Shown here: in pieces, positions 1 through 11,812 of the stretch | Numbering within the stretch: position 1 is the first letter of the stretch | Layout of the letters: each line of letters opens with the position of its first letter | NCBI GenBank assembly: GCA_051313645.2 | Contig: JBNRSN020000010.1 | Span: forward strand, 182,032,001-182,096,000 | Source of the DNA: Centroscyllium fabricii | Taxonomy: Eukaryota | DNA: 64,000 nt | Direction: 5' to 3' | Program-made: the position numbers and the translations under genes | Notes under the pieces: model-generated | The model's database searches: none | Seen by the model: only the letters and a program-made list of their open reading frames with translations | Told to the model about the DNA's origin: nothing

Positions 1-173
1 GCAGGTGCATTTTTCAGTTAGTCCATGGCCTCTCACACCCTGGCATGCGGGCTTCCCAAAAGCTCATGTCCACCAAGTTCGTTTGGCCGGGCCTCCATAA
101 AGACGTGCGAGGCTGGACTAACGCCTGCCAGGACTGTCAGCGTGCCAAGGTCCATTGACATACTTGAGCCCCA

Positions 174-998
174 TTGGAGCACTTCCCGGTGCCCGAGCGG
201 CGCTTTTATCATGTCCATGTTGACCTGGTTGGCCCATGGCCCCCATCGCAAGGTTTCACCCATCTCCTCACTGTCGTCGACCGCACCACTAGGTGGGCTG
301 AGGTCATTCCTCTTTCTTCCACCACGGCGGCCGACGTTGCCCGGTATTTCATTTTTTCGTGGGTGGCCCGCTTTTGGGTGCCGTCGGACATCACTTCCAA
401 CAGGGGCACCCAGTTTACCTCCCAACTCTGGAACGCAGTGGCCTCTGATCTAGGTACGCAAGTGCACCGCACCACTGCATATCACCCCCAGTCCAACGGC
501 ATTTGCGAACGTTTCCATCGCGCCCTTAAAGCCTCACTCCGAGCTAGCCTGGTTGATGGCAATTGGCTTGACAGACTACCTTGGGTTTTGCTTGGGCTAC
601 GTTCTGCACCCAAGGACGACCTCGGCACTTCATCTGCCGAACTCGTTTTTGGACAACCTCTCTGCGTTCCAGGAGAATTTTTCCCCTCCACCACCGTCGC
701 TTGGTCCCCTAGCGAGCAGCTCGCTCAGCTCCAAGACGCAGCACACCATTTTCTCCCTGTGCCCACCTCTCGGCACGGTGTCCGCTCAACTCACATGCCC
801 ATGGAGCTCCGACGGGCTAAATTTGTCTTCGTGCACTGCGACGCCCACAGAACCCCCTTGCAGGCGCCATATACTGGCCCTTTCCGGGTGCTGGAGGCTG
901 GCGACAAATCCTTCCTGTTGGAGGTCGGGGGTCGACAGGACCGCATGTCTATCGACCATCTTAAGCCGACCCAATCCGACCCCACCTTACAGGAATAG
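174..998 (+). pseudogene. Gypsy integrase (degenerate; second catalytic Asp reads N in ITSNRG)
   Basis: DDE integrase motifs in the translated ORF; upstream zinc-finger region is frameshifted. Confidence 0.85.
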
Positions 999-1270
999 TT
1001 TTCCCTGGACACCCGCCAGGAGTCATTCTTTGTTCCGAACATACCTGCAGCAGCTCCCATAGTCTTTACGCCCTCGGGTACGGCTCCAGTTGCAGTTTCA
1101 ACCCCTGTTTCGCCTTCCTTCGTGCCTGAGGCGCAGTTACCCCCCAGCCCGTCACAAGGCTCTCCGGCGCCCTCTCCCGCACCGGCGACTTACCGCTCTC
1201 GCAGTGGCCGCCTCGTCAAACCTCCTCAGAGGTTGACATACCTCGTGTATGCGGATTCTGGGGGGGCGTG

Positions 1271-1557
1271 TGTAGTGTAACTACTAAAGAGACTCATCCG
1301 CGGTCTCTGGAACCTAGAATCCACCTTCACCTGAGCGGGCCCGCCCCCGTTCCCCCATTGGTCAGTTGGGTCAACGGGTGCTGCTGCTCATTGGTCCGTG
1401 GGGCTGTCACTCAACAGCCCCCACAGTGCTTTGCATTTTTGCGCTGTTTCTCTCAGTTCTGCGTTGTTAGTAATTGAATAAAGACGTGTTATATTCAACT
1501 CCGCTGCTTCCCTTCGTTTATTAAGTACTTTAGAGTGGAAAACTTAGGATTACCACA
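1271..1557 (+). repeat. 3' LTR of the CsRn1-like element
   Basis: TG...CA termini, follows the PPT, AATAAA near 1478; a CR1/HE1-type tail resumes at 1558. Confidence 0.8.
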
Positions 1558-1647
1558 GGATGATCAGCCATGATCTCATCGAATGGCGGAGCAGGCTCGA
1601 GGGGCTGAATGGGCTACTCCTGCTCCTATCTTCTATGTTTCTATGTA
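1558..1647 (+). mobile_element. CR1/HE1 shared 3' tail (host of the LTR element)
   Basis: gatcagccatgatctcatcgaatggcggagcaggctcg...ttctatgtttctatg, the same tail as other copies in the window. Confidence 0.8.
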
Positions 1648-2348
1648 TTTTATAGCACGTGGCGAGGAGGAGGTCAAAAATACAAAATAATTTCAATGAA
1701 CAAGGCCCTCGTTTACTGTACAGCAGGCCTCTTTAAACGAAACAAGTGCACAGTATCAGCGTGCCGCAGCCTGTAATCTTGCACTGCCCTTCATTTGTGG
1801 GTCATAGACAGGAGTGAGTAAAGGACATCACACAGACAGGGTCGATTTCTCCCTCTGACACCGGGACTGTGGAACTTTGACTAGCCGTTCCAAGCTGTGG
1901 CTTTTCTCCTTCAAAGCTCTCTGGAGAGAATTAGTCTGCACTCTGCCCTTCCACTGAGGGGAAAGGGAAAGAGAAGATAGCGGTGGGAAAAAAAAACCTC
2001 CAGCCTGAGGAATCTTCAGAGATGCCATTATTGATCTGGCCCTTGCATCAACTGCAATGAGCAACCACTCTCCAGCCCTTTTGATTTACCAAGTGACCTT
2101 TATGCAGCCTTCCTCCTGAACATGAGGTCACAAAAAAAATTGATTCCTCGTTTCTCAGCCAGACGAGCATTTAACATTAAGCAGGTGCGGGCGGGTGAAA
2201 ATTTTAAACACGGGCAACACGAGAAACTGTGAATGGAAACAACTTTTACAAATGTGTCCGTTAAGTCAGAGAGAAATGTTTGCTAAAATAAATTAGTCTG
2301 GATCTGTACTTAAAAGTGCGTAGACATATAGATGTAAGAGGCTTTATA

Positions 2349-3052
2349 CAGGTTGAGCACTGGTAATCCGGCACCCTCGGGACCAGGCCGGTGCCGGACC
2401 ACTGAAAATTCCGAACCACTGAAGGTTCGGGGGGAGCGCGCGGTAGAACACTCCCCGGGGCCCAGAGCGCGCGGATAGAACACTCCCCAGGGCTCAGAGC
2501 GCGCGGATAGAACACTCCCCGGGGCCCGGAGCACGCGGTAGAACACTCCCCGGGGCCCAGAGCGCGCGGGTAGAACACACCCCGGGAGGGAGCCTGGGGA
2601 ATAGAACACTTACAAAACCTAAAAAGACAGCAACCCAAACGCCCGATGCCTTTGGCGCTCGCTCACCCTTCCCGGGAAATGATGGCGCCGCCGAGCAGTT
2701 GCTCCGCAAAATGAAGAGCGCCGGTTTCATAGAAACATAGAAGATCGGAGCAGGAGTAGGCCATTCGGCCCTTCGAGCCTGCTCCGCCATTCAATGAGAT
2801 CATGGCTGATCATCCAAATCCAGTACCCTGTCCCTGCCTTCTCCCCATATCCCTCGATCCCTATCGAGCCTGCACCGACACATATCCCACACTATCCCCG
2901 TAACCCCACATATTCAATCCCCCTAACACTAAGGGTCAATTTATCATGGCCAATCAACCTAACCCGCACATTTTTGGACTTTGGGTTTCCAATCGTGCCA
3001 GACCACTGAAGCTGCCAGACCATCAGGTGCCAGATTACCGGTGCTCAACCTG
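2349..3052 (+). mobile_element. Non-autonomous Tc1/mariner-pogo/Tigger-type MITE, copy 1
   Basis: TA|caggttgagcactggtaatccggcacc ... ggtgccagattaccggtgctcaacctg|TA. Contains a 31-32 bp tandem repeat (2434-2590) and an HE1 fragment. Confidence 0.85.
2728..2980 (-). mobile_element. HE1-type V-SINE, 5'-truncated, inside MITE copy 1
   Basis: Near-identical to the 3' half of the full copies at 9161 and 19876. Confidence 0.85.
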
Positions 3053-4292
3053 TAATAACATTTAAAAATACAGAATATTACAACATCTAAAATTCAGCCT
3101 GTGTGTTTAATCATTTCCTGTGATCACAGGATCGATGGGTTATTTTGGCTTTAATTGAATGAGTGGAGCAGAAAGACTCCGGGCCTCATGGCCACCATTT
3201 GGCGCGGAGAGTTGGCGTTTCAGTTCTCCATGCCACGCAGCATCAGCACCCGCTTGCACGATTTGCCACGCAAGCTCCCAGTCTCTGCCATGCTGCCAGC
3301 ATCAGCGGCAATCGGGACCGAACAGCGGAGTAGATCTTTGCCTTTACCGCCTGGGCGTTAAGCACCACCCGGGTGGAGCGCAGAGAGAGAGAGAGAGGAA
3401 AATCAGGAGGGGCTCAGTCACAACTCTTCCCGCCCAACTTTCCATCGCCTAGGCACAGCTCGACAGCGCAGGCAGTAGAAACACATAACCAGGGTCTATC
3501 CTAGCGAGCTGGCCAGCCATTCCAGGGCACTCACCCTTGCAGAATTCCAGGCGTGCAGCGCCAGACCAGCACCTGCGCAGGCCGGGAAGCAGGGGCGCGA
3601 AGCTCGCTTTCTTGGCTGGCTAATAGCACCTGGTGTGGAGGGACCTAAAAATACAGGAAGAAAACAACACCCTTGAGAAAAACTGGGCAAAATAAAACTG
3701 CGATTGATTCATGTCGTATGTCAAAGCAGCTCGGCTGCCAAAATGTTTGCTCATTGCATCTTGGCTTGTGTTCGATGTTTTTTACGCAAACTTTCACTTC
3801 ACTTCTGAACAATAGTCGAAGAGTTCCAAAATAACAGCGATAACCGATAATTAGCTGCTAACTCGGTAATTATACCTTCAGAGTGACAGTATTTTATAAG
3901 TTTTAATTTAACAGGATCAACTTGCCCTGGTGAAAAAAATGGCCCTGAAGTGAATTACTTTTTATTAATGAAGGCCAGCAATTTGGCTGAACAAGCTGAG
4001 AACATTACGAAATTCCTTTGCCTACGACTATAAAATTGTTAACTGCTTATTTTAAAATAAACACAGTGAAATCTCTGTTAAAATTCCAGAATAAAAGAAC
4101 TTAAGGTAACTAATGAAGGGATAATAGTACAAATCGAGCCAGGCTTTTGTTCCACAGCAGGGCCTCAGTAGGCGGGAGCCCAGGTTAGAGAATAGGGGCA
4201 GCTGTGAGTCCCGCGAGTGCTCCATTTCGGAGTGGGGCCTGGCTAAATTTGCCCTAATATCACTCAGTGTAATTTCAAGGCCAAAAGTCCTT

Positions 4293-5058
4293 GAGGGAGA
4301 AATTCATTATCGTCCCATTTGGGGCGCGAACATTTAAAAGTTGAAAAAATCAGCGTCAGACGCTAATGTTAATCAACTTTTTTTAAATTCGGTTTTAGCG
4401 CTCCAGGAAGGAAGTGAGAGCGCTAAATCAAGCTCTCCTCTTCATTCCTGGAGTGCAACAGGCAGCAGGCAGGGCGGTAGGTGAGCAGCGCTGCACACTG
4501 GGCCGTGCACCGCTGCCACATTGGAAGGCTCCTTCCCTCCCTTAAAGGGAAGGGCCATCGCTGCAGGGTCTGAAAGGGGAAAACTTACCTCATCCCCGAC
4601 CACAGCCACGATCCGGCCTGATCAGCCCCAGTGCACTGCAGCAGAGTGCCGGGCTGATCGAGCGCTGCGGCAAAAAAAAGCAAAAAAAACAAAGAACGAG
4701 CATTTCAGTATTTGTTTTACTTCCTGCGGCCACCTCGCCTTTAAGTATCGCCCCCGAAGTGCCCTGCCCCCCGATGAACGCCTCCTGCAGCTGCCGGTAT
4801 TGTCGTCCAGTGATGCTACAGGGGGGCGGAACCGAAGGTCGGGTCTGGGGCACTACCAGGGCGATGCGCACGGCTATGATGTCACGATCTCCAGGCGAAG
4901 GTGATCCGGGCGCAACGCCATACTGCTGCTGCAAACCCCCCGCCGAATGTAACGGCAGGCGATATTCTCGCCACGCCTGGGCGATAAGTGGTTCGCGCCC
5001 CATTATCGCCCCCCCGAGGCGCTAACTGGGAACCGCAAAGGTGCCCAATTTCTCCCCC
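4293..5058. mobile_element. PIF/Harbinger-like GC-rich non-autonomous element
   Basis: TIRs gagggagaaatt / aatttctccccc. The internal motif cttccctcccttaaagggaagggcc resembles one in 30029-30791. Confidence 0.6.
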
Positions 5059-5327
5059 TTTGAGTCATGTCAAAAGATTCCGAATGTTTTTAAAAGTTTC
5101 TACAGCTTCTTAATCCTTATAATTTGTGCATTGATTTTTTTTTTTTGACTTTATTAACTTCACAAACATTTCAATGGGTAGATTTCAGGGTCAGTTCCAT
5201 TTGTAGATTGTGCATTGGCTTCACTAATGAAATAATAGAGTCAACAAGAAATATCAATAATGTACGTTTTAGGTTTGTGTGTTTTTTTCTCGCTAAAGAA
5301 ACAGATGTCTGTCTGTTTACCTCAGAC

Positions 5328-6987
5328 GGGGGGCGGATTTTCATGTCCCCGTGAGGCGGGGTTTTCGGTGGCCCGGCCGGCAAAATAGCGGAACCGGCAG
5401 GTCCCGCCCCTGCCCGCCGTATCCCCGCCACTTTCTCATTTTCCCCCGCCCAGATTCCCCGCCCCGAAACCTTCCTGCCGCCGACCGGCGGGATGGGTTG
5501 TCACCTCATTAAGGGCCCTTAATTGGCATCTTTATGCCATTTTAAGGGCCCTCAGCCATTTTGCCCTGTTTCCCGCCCTAACCCCGCCACCCTAAACCCT
5601 GCTGGGTGAAACCCAGCGGGAGCACAGCGCTGCTTATTACTGTTGGACTATAACCTGGTGTTGTGTGACTTCTTGCATTTATAACTTTCTCCTTCAAGGT
5701 GTGAAGGACATGCTGCCAAATGCTTGGCATGCCTCCAGCACCTTAGAGGAGTAAGTTGCTCCGTTCTGGCTGCAGCAGCAGCTTTGAGCAGAAACTGAGA
5801 AATCTCAGTTCTGCACAGCTCCTGACAGCCGCTGCGAGTTGTGAGGGATTCTGAGCCCGCCCGCCCACCTGTCAGTCACCAGCACTTGGCCTTTCCCATT
5901 GGCTGCACTCCACTGTGATGTCACGGTGCAGTGTTTCCATGGGAGCTGACAACAACCAGTGCTGGAACTGTCAATCAAACTGCTCGTAGCCCCGCTGCAG
6001 CCCGACTCAATTGACCTAATTACTTCCCGCTGCCGCCGATGGGGAGTTAACAACCTAACTAAACTAAAATTGCGTGGCCTTCCCAGCTGTTTGGGCGGGC
6101 GGGGCCGGAGGCGGCCCAGAGCAATCCCCGCCAGGTTCCCGCCCTTCCGGCAATATCCCCCCCAGGTGGAGGGGATTTTTGGAGGGCCATGAGGTCGCGT
6201 TTCTGGCAGGGCAGGGCTTAAAATCCCGAAACCGGGGGGGGGGGGGGGTCCCAACCCCTGCCGCTGGACCCCCGCCGCTTTGCAGTTTTTGGCTGGCATG
6301 TCTAGCCGGCCCAAATCTTTCCCGCCTGCCACCGGCGGGGATCAACCTTGTGCTCGTTGGGGGCCCTTAATTGCCATGGATAATCCCATTTTAAGGGCCC
6401 CTCGTATCTTTTGAGCCCTTCCCACTCATACCCCGCCATCCTGAAACCCCGCCGGTGAAAGTTAGCGGGATCACAGTCAGCTTGGTCACTTTCACCTTCA
6501 ATGCATTGAAGCACCTGTAGCAGAATGCCTTCCAGGCCTTCAACACCCTGGAGGTGTAAGTGACTCCCTTGTCTGAGGAGCAGCTGTGGAGAAAACCTTC
6601 CAGAAACTTACCTGACAGATGAATGGAAATGCTTCACAGAGAGACGGCCCCTAACTATGAGCTTTCCAGCGAGTCCTTAGACCTGTCACTCAACCCACTT
6701 GGGCTTTGAGATTGGTTGCACTCCATTGTGATGTCACAATGCACTGTTTCCATAGAAACTAACAACACACAGTCCTTACCCCTGTCACTCAAACCTCCGG
6801 CTGTCAGCTGCAGCTCCGCTGTTTTCTGACTGGAATCAATCAATTGGCAGGGGCTCTGACATGCGCGCAATTAATTGGCCAATTAAGCCAAAATTGTGTG
6901 GGGCTCCCAGGCCCTTGAACATTCGTGTCAGAAACCTGATCCGCCCAAAACCCGCCAGGTTCCCACACCTTTGCGAAAATCCCCCCC
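5328..6987. mobile_element. PIF/Harbinger-like composite (two related units)
   Basis: Ends gggcggattttc / gaaaatcccccc. Internal direct duplication of tgcactcca.tgtgatgtcac..tgca.tgtttccat at ~5905 and ~6718. Confidence 0.5.
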
Positions 6988-7219
6988 GTGATCTTCATTC
7001 CAGTGTGCAGTTAGCCTCAGACACCTCCGCTCCCACAAGGACTTAATGTTAAAGGGGCAATGTTGTCACAATAATATTCTTCGTAAAATAACTTTGCCAT
7101 GTTTCTGAACAAGGAGTGGCATACAATCACCAACATGGTGGCATTACTGTGTTGTAGATTACATCTAATACATAAAAATTTATTTAGCATCTTATCACAT
7201 CTCTCAGAAGCAAAAACAA

Positions 7220-7600
7220 CAACAGCTTACATTTGTGTCTCAAAGAGGTTCAGGTTCAGTGAATCGATTTGAAGTGTAGGTAGTCAGGCAACCAATTTAT
7301 GCACAGCAAGATCCCTCAAACAGCATTGAGATGATATTGGTGGCGTTTATTTAACGAGGTACATTGGCAAGCAAGCAAGGAGTAAACGCTGCTCTTTTTC
7401 GAATCATGCCAAAGGATCTTTAATATTCACGTGAATCATTCAAATAGGCAGATGAGGTCTCAGAATCTTTTCTGAAGGGTGCTGGCTCCAACAGTGCTAA
7501 CTCCCTCAGAGCCACACTGGAGTCTCAGCCCACGACACTGCGCGAGACCCGGAGTGGGGCTTGAACTGACAACCTTCTGACTCAGAGTACCAACTAAGCC
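7220..7600 (-). mobile_element. Degraded Deu-domain SINE
   Basis: Reverse complement resembles the SINEs at 10429 and 31061 (ctctgagtcagaaggttgtcagttcaagccccactcc). Confidence 0.55.
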
Positions 7601-7841
7601 AAGCTGGTTAAAATCAATTATTTTTTTATTCCGATTTTCTTTCCAGTGAATTCCTGTTTTCATTAAGATGAAGGATGCTAGTGCTGGATAATGGAACTCT
7701 AACACAGTTCCAGGTGCTTGGCATCAACATCAAATACTCGCAGGGTCAAAATAGACGGCACAGATACCGAGTAAAGGAAGTGGGAAATGGAAAGGCTGTG
7801 CTGTCATGTTAGGCTATTGTTCTGAGGTTGGGATTGAGGTA

Positions 7842-8247
7842 CAGGTCTGACACCGTTAATCCGGCACCGTCGGGACGAGGCCGGTTCCGGACTAGTGAAA
7901 AATCCGAACGACTGAAGTTTCGGCGAGCGCATGTGCAAACCATTCAAAATGACTGCAGCGCATGCGCAGACCATTCAAAATGGCCACCGCGCATGCGCAA
8001 ACCATTCAAAATGGCCACCGCGCATGCGCAGCTGTTCAAAATGGCTGCTGTGCATGCGCAGACCATTCAAAATGGCCGTTGTGCATGCGCAGATTATTCA
8101 AAATGGCCGCTGTGCATGTGCAGACCAGTTGGGAGAGGCCCGCGCATCGTGAGCGTCCCTGGGATCATGTGGGCCGGCCAGACGGATTCGTGCCAGACCA
8201 CTGAAGTTTCTGGATTAACGGTCTCCGGATTAACGGTGCACAACCTG
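7842..8247 (+). mobile_element. Tigger/pogo-type MITE, copy 2, with a 31-bp tandem array
   Basis: TA|caggtctgacaccgttaatccgg ... ccggattaacggtgcacaacctg|TA. About 6.5 units of gcgcatgcgcagaccattcaaaatggccacc at 7927-8125. Confidence 0.85.
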
Positions 8248-9160
8248 TATATTGCTGGGAGAGTAGAGGGGACCTATACTCTGTGTCTGGCCTGCACTGT
8301 ACCGGATCTAGGAGCGCTTAATACATAAAAGTGTTGGGCACAGTGCAGGAGAAAAGTGTCCCATTCTCTCGCACTGTCATCCCTCACTCTGATCAGTACA
8401 AAATTCACCAAAAGTTTAGGAGGGAATTATCATGTCATTCATCAACGTATCATCACAGAGGAATCAAGCAGAAATTCAAATCAGTCAGAAGCTGGCAGAT
8501 AAAACACCTTTCCTAATCTACATAATTTTACACTGCGTCCCATCGTGAATTTTTTTAAATTATAATTATATTTGAAATACACAATATAGATGATCAGAGG
8601 CAATATTAACTCAAAACTCAATACCTATTTAGTTAAGAATAGTACAGGGAAAAAGTATATTCACTTTAAGTTGAATGATCTAAATAGAAAATACCAATTA
8701 TTATTTTCTGAGAGTACATGACACCCAATGAAGAAGGTGCTTATCTATTTGTACATTGACCAATGGTTAATTATTCACAGAAATCTGATTATGATTTGAG
8801 ATTTTTTAAAAGCCCCCCACCCTCCATAAATGGCCTCACCAGTTTATCGCTTGTGCTAGATATTCTTACTGAAGTGCAATTGAATTTCTTGTCCCTTTCC
8901 AAATGTAATAGTGGAAACGATGAATGTTGGAAGTGCCTTTTCTCAGACGATGCGCTCGGTTTGAAGTTGGAAGTCCGAGCCGTGAGGTAAGCAGTGAGTC
9001 GTTAGCAACAACTGCTCATACTTAGAAAGAGCTGAGGCAGCATCTGAAAGGGACAGACAATGGAGTATAAAAGTAGGGAAGTCCTGCTACAACTGTACAC
9101 GGTATTGGTGAGGCTACACCTGGAGTACTGCGTACAGTTTTGATCTCCTTATTTAAGGAA

Positions 9161-9565
9161 ATATAGAAACATAGAAACTAGGAGCAGGAGTAGCCCATCC
9201 GGCCCTTCGAGCCTGCTCCGCCATTCAATGAGATCATGGCTGATCATCCAAACCCAGTATCCCGCCCCTGCCCTCTCCCCATATCCCTTGATCCCTATCG
9301 AGCCTGCATCGACACACATCCCACCCTATCCCCGTAACCCCACATATTCAATCCCCCTAACACTAAGGGTCAATTTATCCTGGCCAATCAACCTAACCCG
9401 CACATCTTTGGACTGTGGGAGGAAACCGGAGCACCCGGAGGAAACCCACGCAGACACGGGGAGAATGTGCAAACTCCACACAGATAGTCACCCGAGGCTG
9501 GATTTGAACCCGGGTCTCCAGTGCTGTGAGACAACAGTGCTAACCACTGTGCCACCGTGCCACCC
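9161..9565 (-). mobile_element. HE1-type V-SINE, full length
   Basis: tRNA-like head (ggtggcacagtggttagcactg...ggttcaaatcc), V-domain (gtggagtttgcacattctccccgtgtctgcgtggg), CR1-type tail. Confidence 0.9.
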
Positions 9566-9687
9566 TTGCAATGGAGGCAGTTCAGAGAAGGTTCACTAGG
9601 TTGATTCCGGAGATGGAGGGGTTGTCTTATGAAGAAAGGTTGAGCAGGCTGGGCCTATACCCACTGGAGTTTAGAAAAATAAGAGGT

Positions 9688-9975
9688 TGTGCCGGATTGC
9701 CACGCACCGACCGGCGAATCCGCTGGACTCACAGACTCTAGGCACCGGCCCGAGACGCGCTGCTCCCTCGAGGCCGGTGCCGACACGCCGACGTCCCCGC
9801 GCATGCGCACAACGCGCCCGACGCGCAAATGTGCACAAACGCGTCGACGTCCGCGGAGGTCTTTATATTCAAGCGCAAGGGCGCAAAATGCTCTCTCAGC
9901 CATGTAAGTGAATAAGCTAAGTTGTATGCCGCTACCCGGTCTCGGAAGTTCTTTCGCCCACCAGCGAACAGAACA
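9688..9975 (+). repeat. Solo LTR, CpG-rich, 4-bp TSD AGGT
   Basis: aggt|tgtgcc...gaaca|aggt splits the CR1 motif agaggtgatctt; TATA-like tttatatt and aataag follow. Confidence 0.8.
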
Positions 9976-10428
9976 AGGTGATCTTATTGAAACACATAAG
10001 ATTCTGAGGGGGCTCGACAGGGTAGATGCAGAGAGGATTTTTCCCCTCGTGGGGGAATCTAGAACTAGGGGCCATAATTTCAGAATAAGGGGTCATCGGA
10101 AAGGAGGAGGAATTTCTGTTTTCAGATGGTCGTAAGTGTGTGGAATTCTCTGCCCCAGAAAGCCATGGAGGCTAGGTCATTGAATATATTTAAGGGGAAG
10201 ATAGACAGATTTTTGAAAGGTTATGGGGAGTCAAGGGTTATGGGGAGCGGGCAGGGAAGTGGAGTTGAGGCCAAGATCAGATCCGCCATGATCTTATTGA
10301 ATGGCGGCGCAGGCTCGAGGGGCCAAATGACCGACTCCCGCTCCTACGTCTTATGTTCTTATGACAAGCTTGTTTGGAACATCCAACAGTTCTGAAGCTA
10401 CTGCTGTATTCTAAGCCCTGCGTCCAGG

Positions 10429-10878
10429 GTGTCAGCTGTGGATCAGCTTCTGAGTCATAACATTGTGGGTTCAAGTCCCACTCCAGGGACTCGAACACAT
10501 AAAGCTAGGCTGACACTCCCAGTACAGAGGGAGTGCTGCGCTGTTGGAGGTGCCATCTTTCAGATGAGATGTTAAACCAAGGCCCCCTCTGCTCTCGCAG
10601 GTGGACGCCAAAGATCCCATGACACTATTTTGAAGAAGAGCGGGGGAGTTATTCCCCGGTGTCCTGCCCAATGTTTATATCACAACCAACATAACAAAAA
10701 CAGATTATCGGGTCATTATCACATTGCTGCTTGTGGGAGCTTGCTGTGCGCAAATTGGCTGCCGTGTTTCCCACATTCCAACAATGACTACACTTCAAAG
10801 AGCACTTCATTTACTGTAAAGCGCTTTGAGACATCCGGTGGTTTTGAAAGGTGCTATAGAAATGCAACTCTTTCTTTC
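10429..10878 (+). mobile_element. Deu-domain tRNA-derived SINE (SacSINE1-like)
   Basis: Deu core tctttcagatgagatgttaaacc...aaagatcccatgacac...ccccggtgtcctg, with an L2-like tail ctgtaaagcgctttg...tatagaaatgca. Confidence 0.8.
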
Positions 10879-11579
10879 CAATAAGAGAAATAGTGGCACG
10901 GGCACTATATATGGGAACAATTTCAATCTAGCCTGCCCATCGGAAAACTGACGGAACCGGCGGCAATGTGAGTGAAATGAATGGAGAGTAATATTGGGCG
11001 GGGTATAAAACCAGCGTTCCACCCGATCCCGTGGGTTTCCCGCCCCGCAAGGTAAAAATTCCCCCCTTTTACGTCAATCACCACTTTATTTTCCATTTGA
11101 CCCCATTTCATCTTTTCCCCTTCTTTTCATCTTTCCATTCATTTCCTTTTATTTTTTTCTCACCCTACTATTTTATTTTTGCTTCCATGTTTTATTATCT
11201 GTCCCTCCTCTCACCTCTAACCCTTGTCTGCGACCCGACTGATGATTGCGCGGACTTCCAGGGGGTGATTTTCGGCAGCACCTTCAGCTGCTAAAGATCC
11301 TCCAAGGTGGCCAAGAGGGGGTCTTGGTGAAACAGGCGATATCGGTACCGATGCAGTGGAAGTGAACTTCGAGGAGAGGGGTGTAACGAGCGGCTGATCC
11401 GATATTGCTCAGTTTACACTAAGGCTCAATCTCAAAATGTGTGATTATCCCCCTGTTGCTCGTGACAGTTCCCAGTTTGATTTTCTGGTTTGCGTTAACA
11501 GATCCATTACATGGTGAACGGAACCGTGCCTTCATTAGCGTTATATGCGCACTTTGGCCGCGATTTTGCCTACTTTCCC

Positions 11580-11812
11580 TATGCGATCAATTCGCACCCG
11601 CACGACTAGATTTCAGAACAGCTTCTTCCCCAGGGCTGTCAGCCTCCTGAACTCTAAAAATAAACTCCGGTACCTGCACACCTGATAATGTACTTTACTG
11701 TATGCAATTTGCATGTAATTTATTTGCACTACTCTCGGGAGAGTCGAGTCTTCGTCTCGTTGTATTGTACTAGTACTCTGCAATGACAATAAAACTTGAA
11801 TTGAATTGAATG
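11580..11812 (+). mobile_element. Rex1/Babar LINE 3' end
   Basis: SIRTRTTRFQNSFFPRAVSLLN followed by aataaa and a (ttgaa)n tail. Confidence 0.75.

Larger units (their letters stand above)
1..1557 (+). mobile_element. Ty3/Gypsy LTR retrotransposon (CsRn1-like), 3' part: integrase, PPT and 3' LTR
   Basis: ORF 174-998 has the rve integrase signature (HVHVDLVGP..LLTVVDRTTRW, TTAYHPQSNGICERFHR, GPF/Y C-terminal module). G-run PPT at ~1260-1268 is followed by a TGTAGTG...TACCACA LTR with AATAAA. The element runs off the window start. Confidence 0.9.
9060..10362 (+). mobile_element. CR1 LINE 3' fragment interrupted by an HE1 SINE and a solo LTR
   Basis: CR1 RT C-terminal motifs (EYKSREVLLQLY..HLEYC, GDLIETHKILRGLDRVD, WNSLPQ) are collinear across both insertions; (ttcttatg) tail. 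Confidence 0.85.

Noticed and set aside
9500-9565. tRNA gene
   Set aside because: This is the tRNA-derived head of an HE1 SINE; the same applies at ~20210-20268 and to the Deu-SINE head at 31061.
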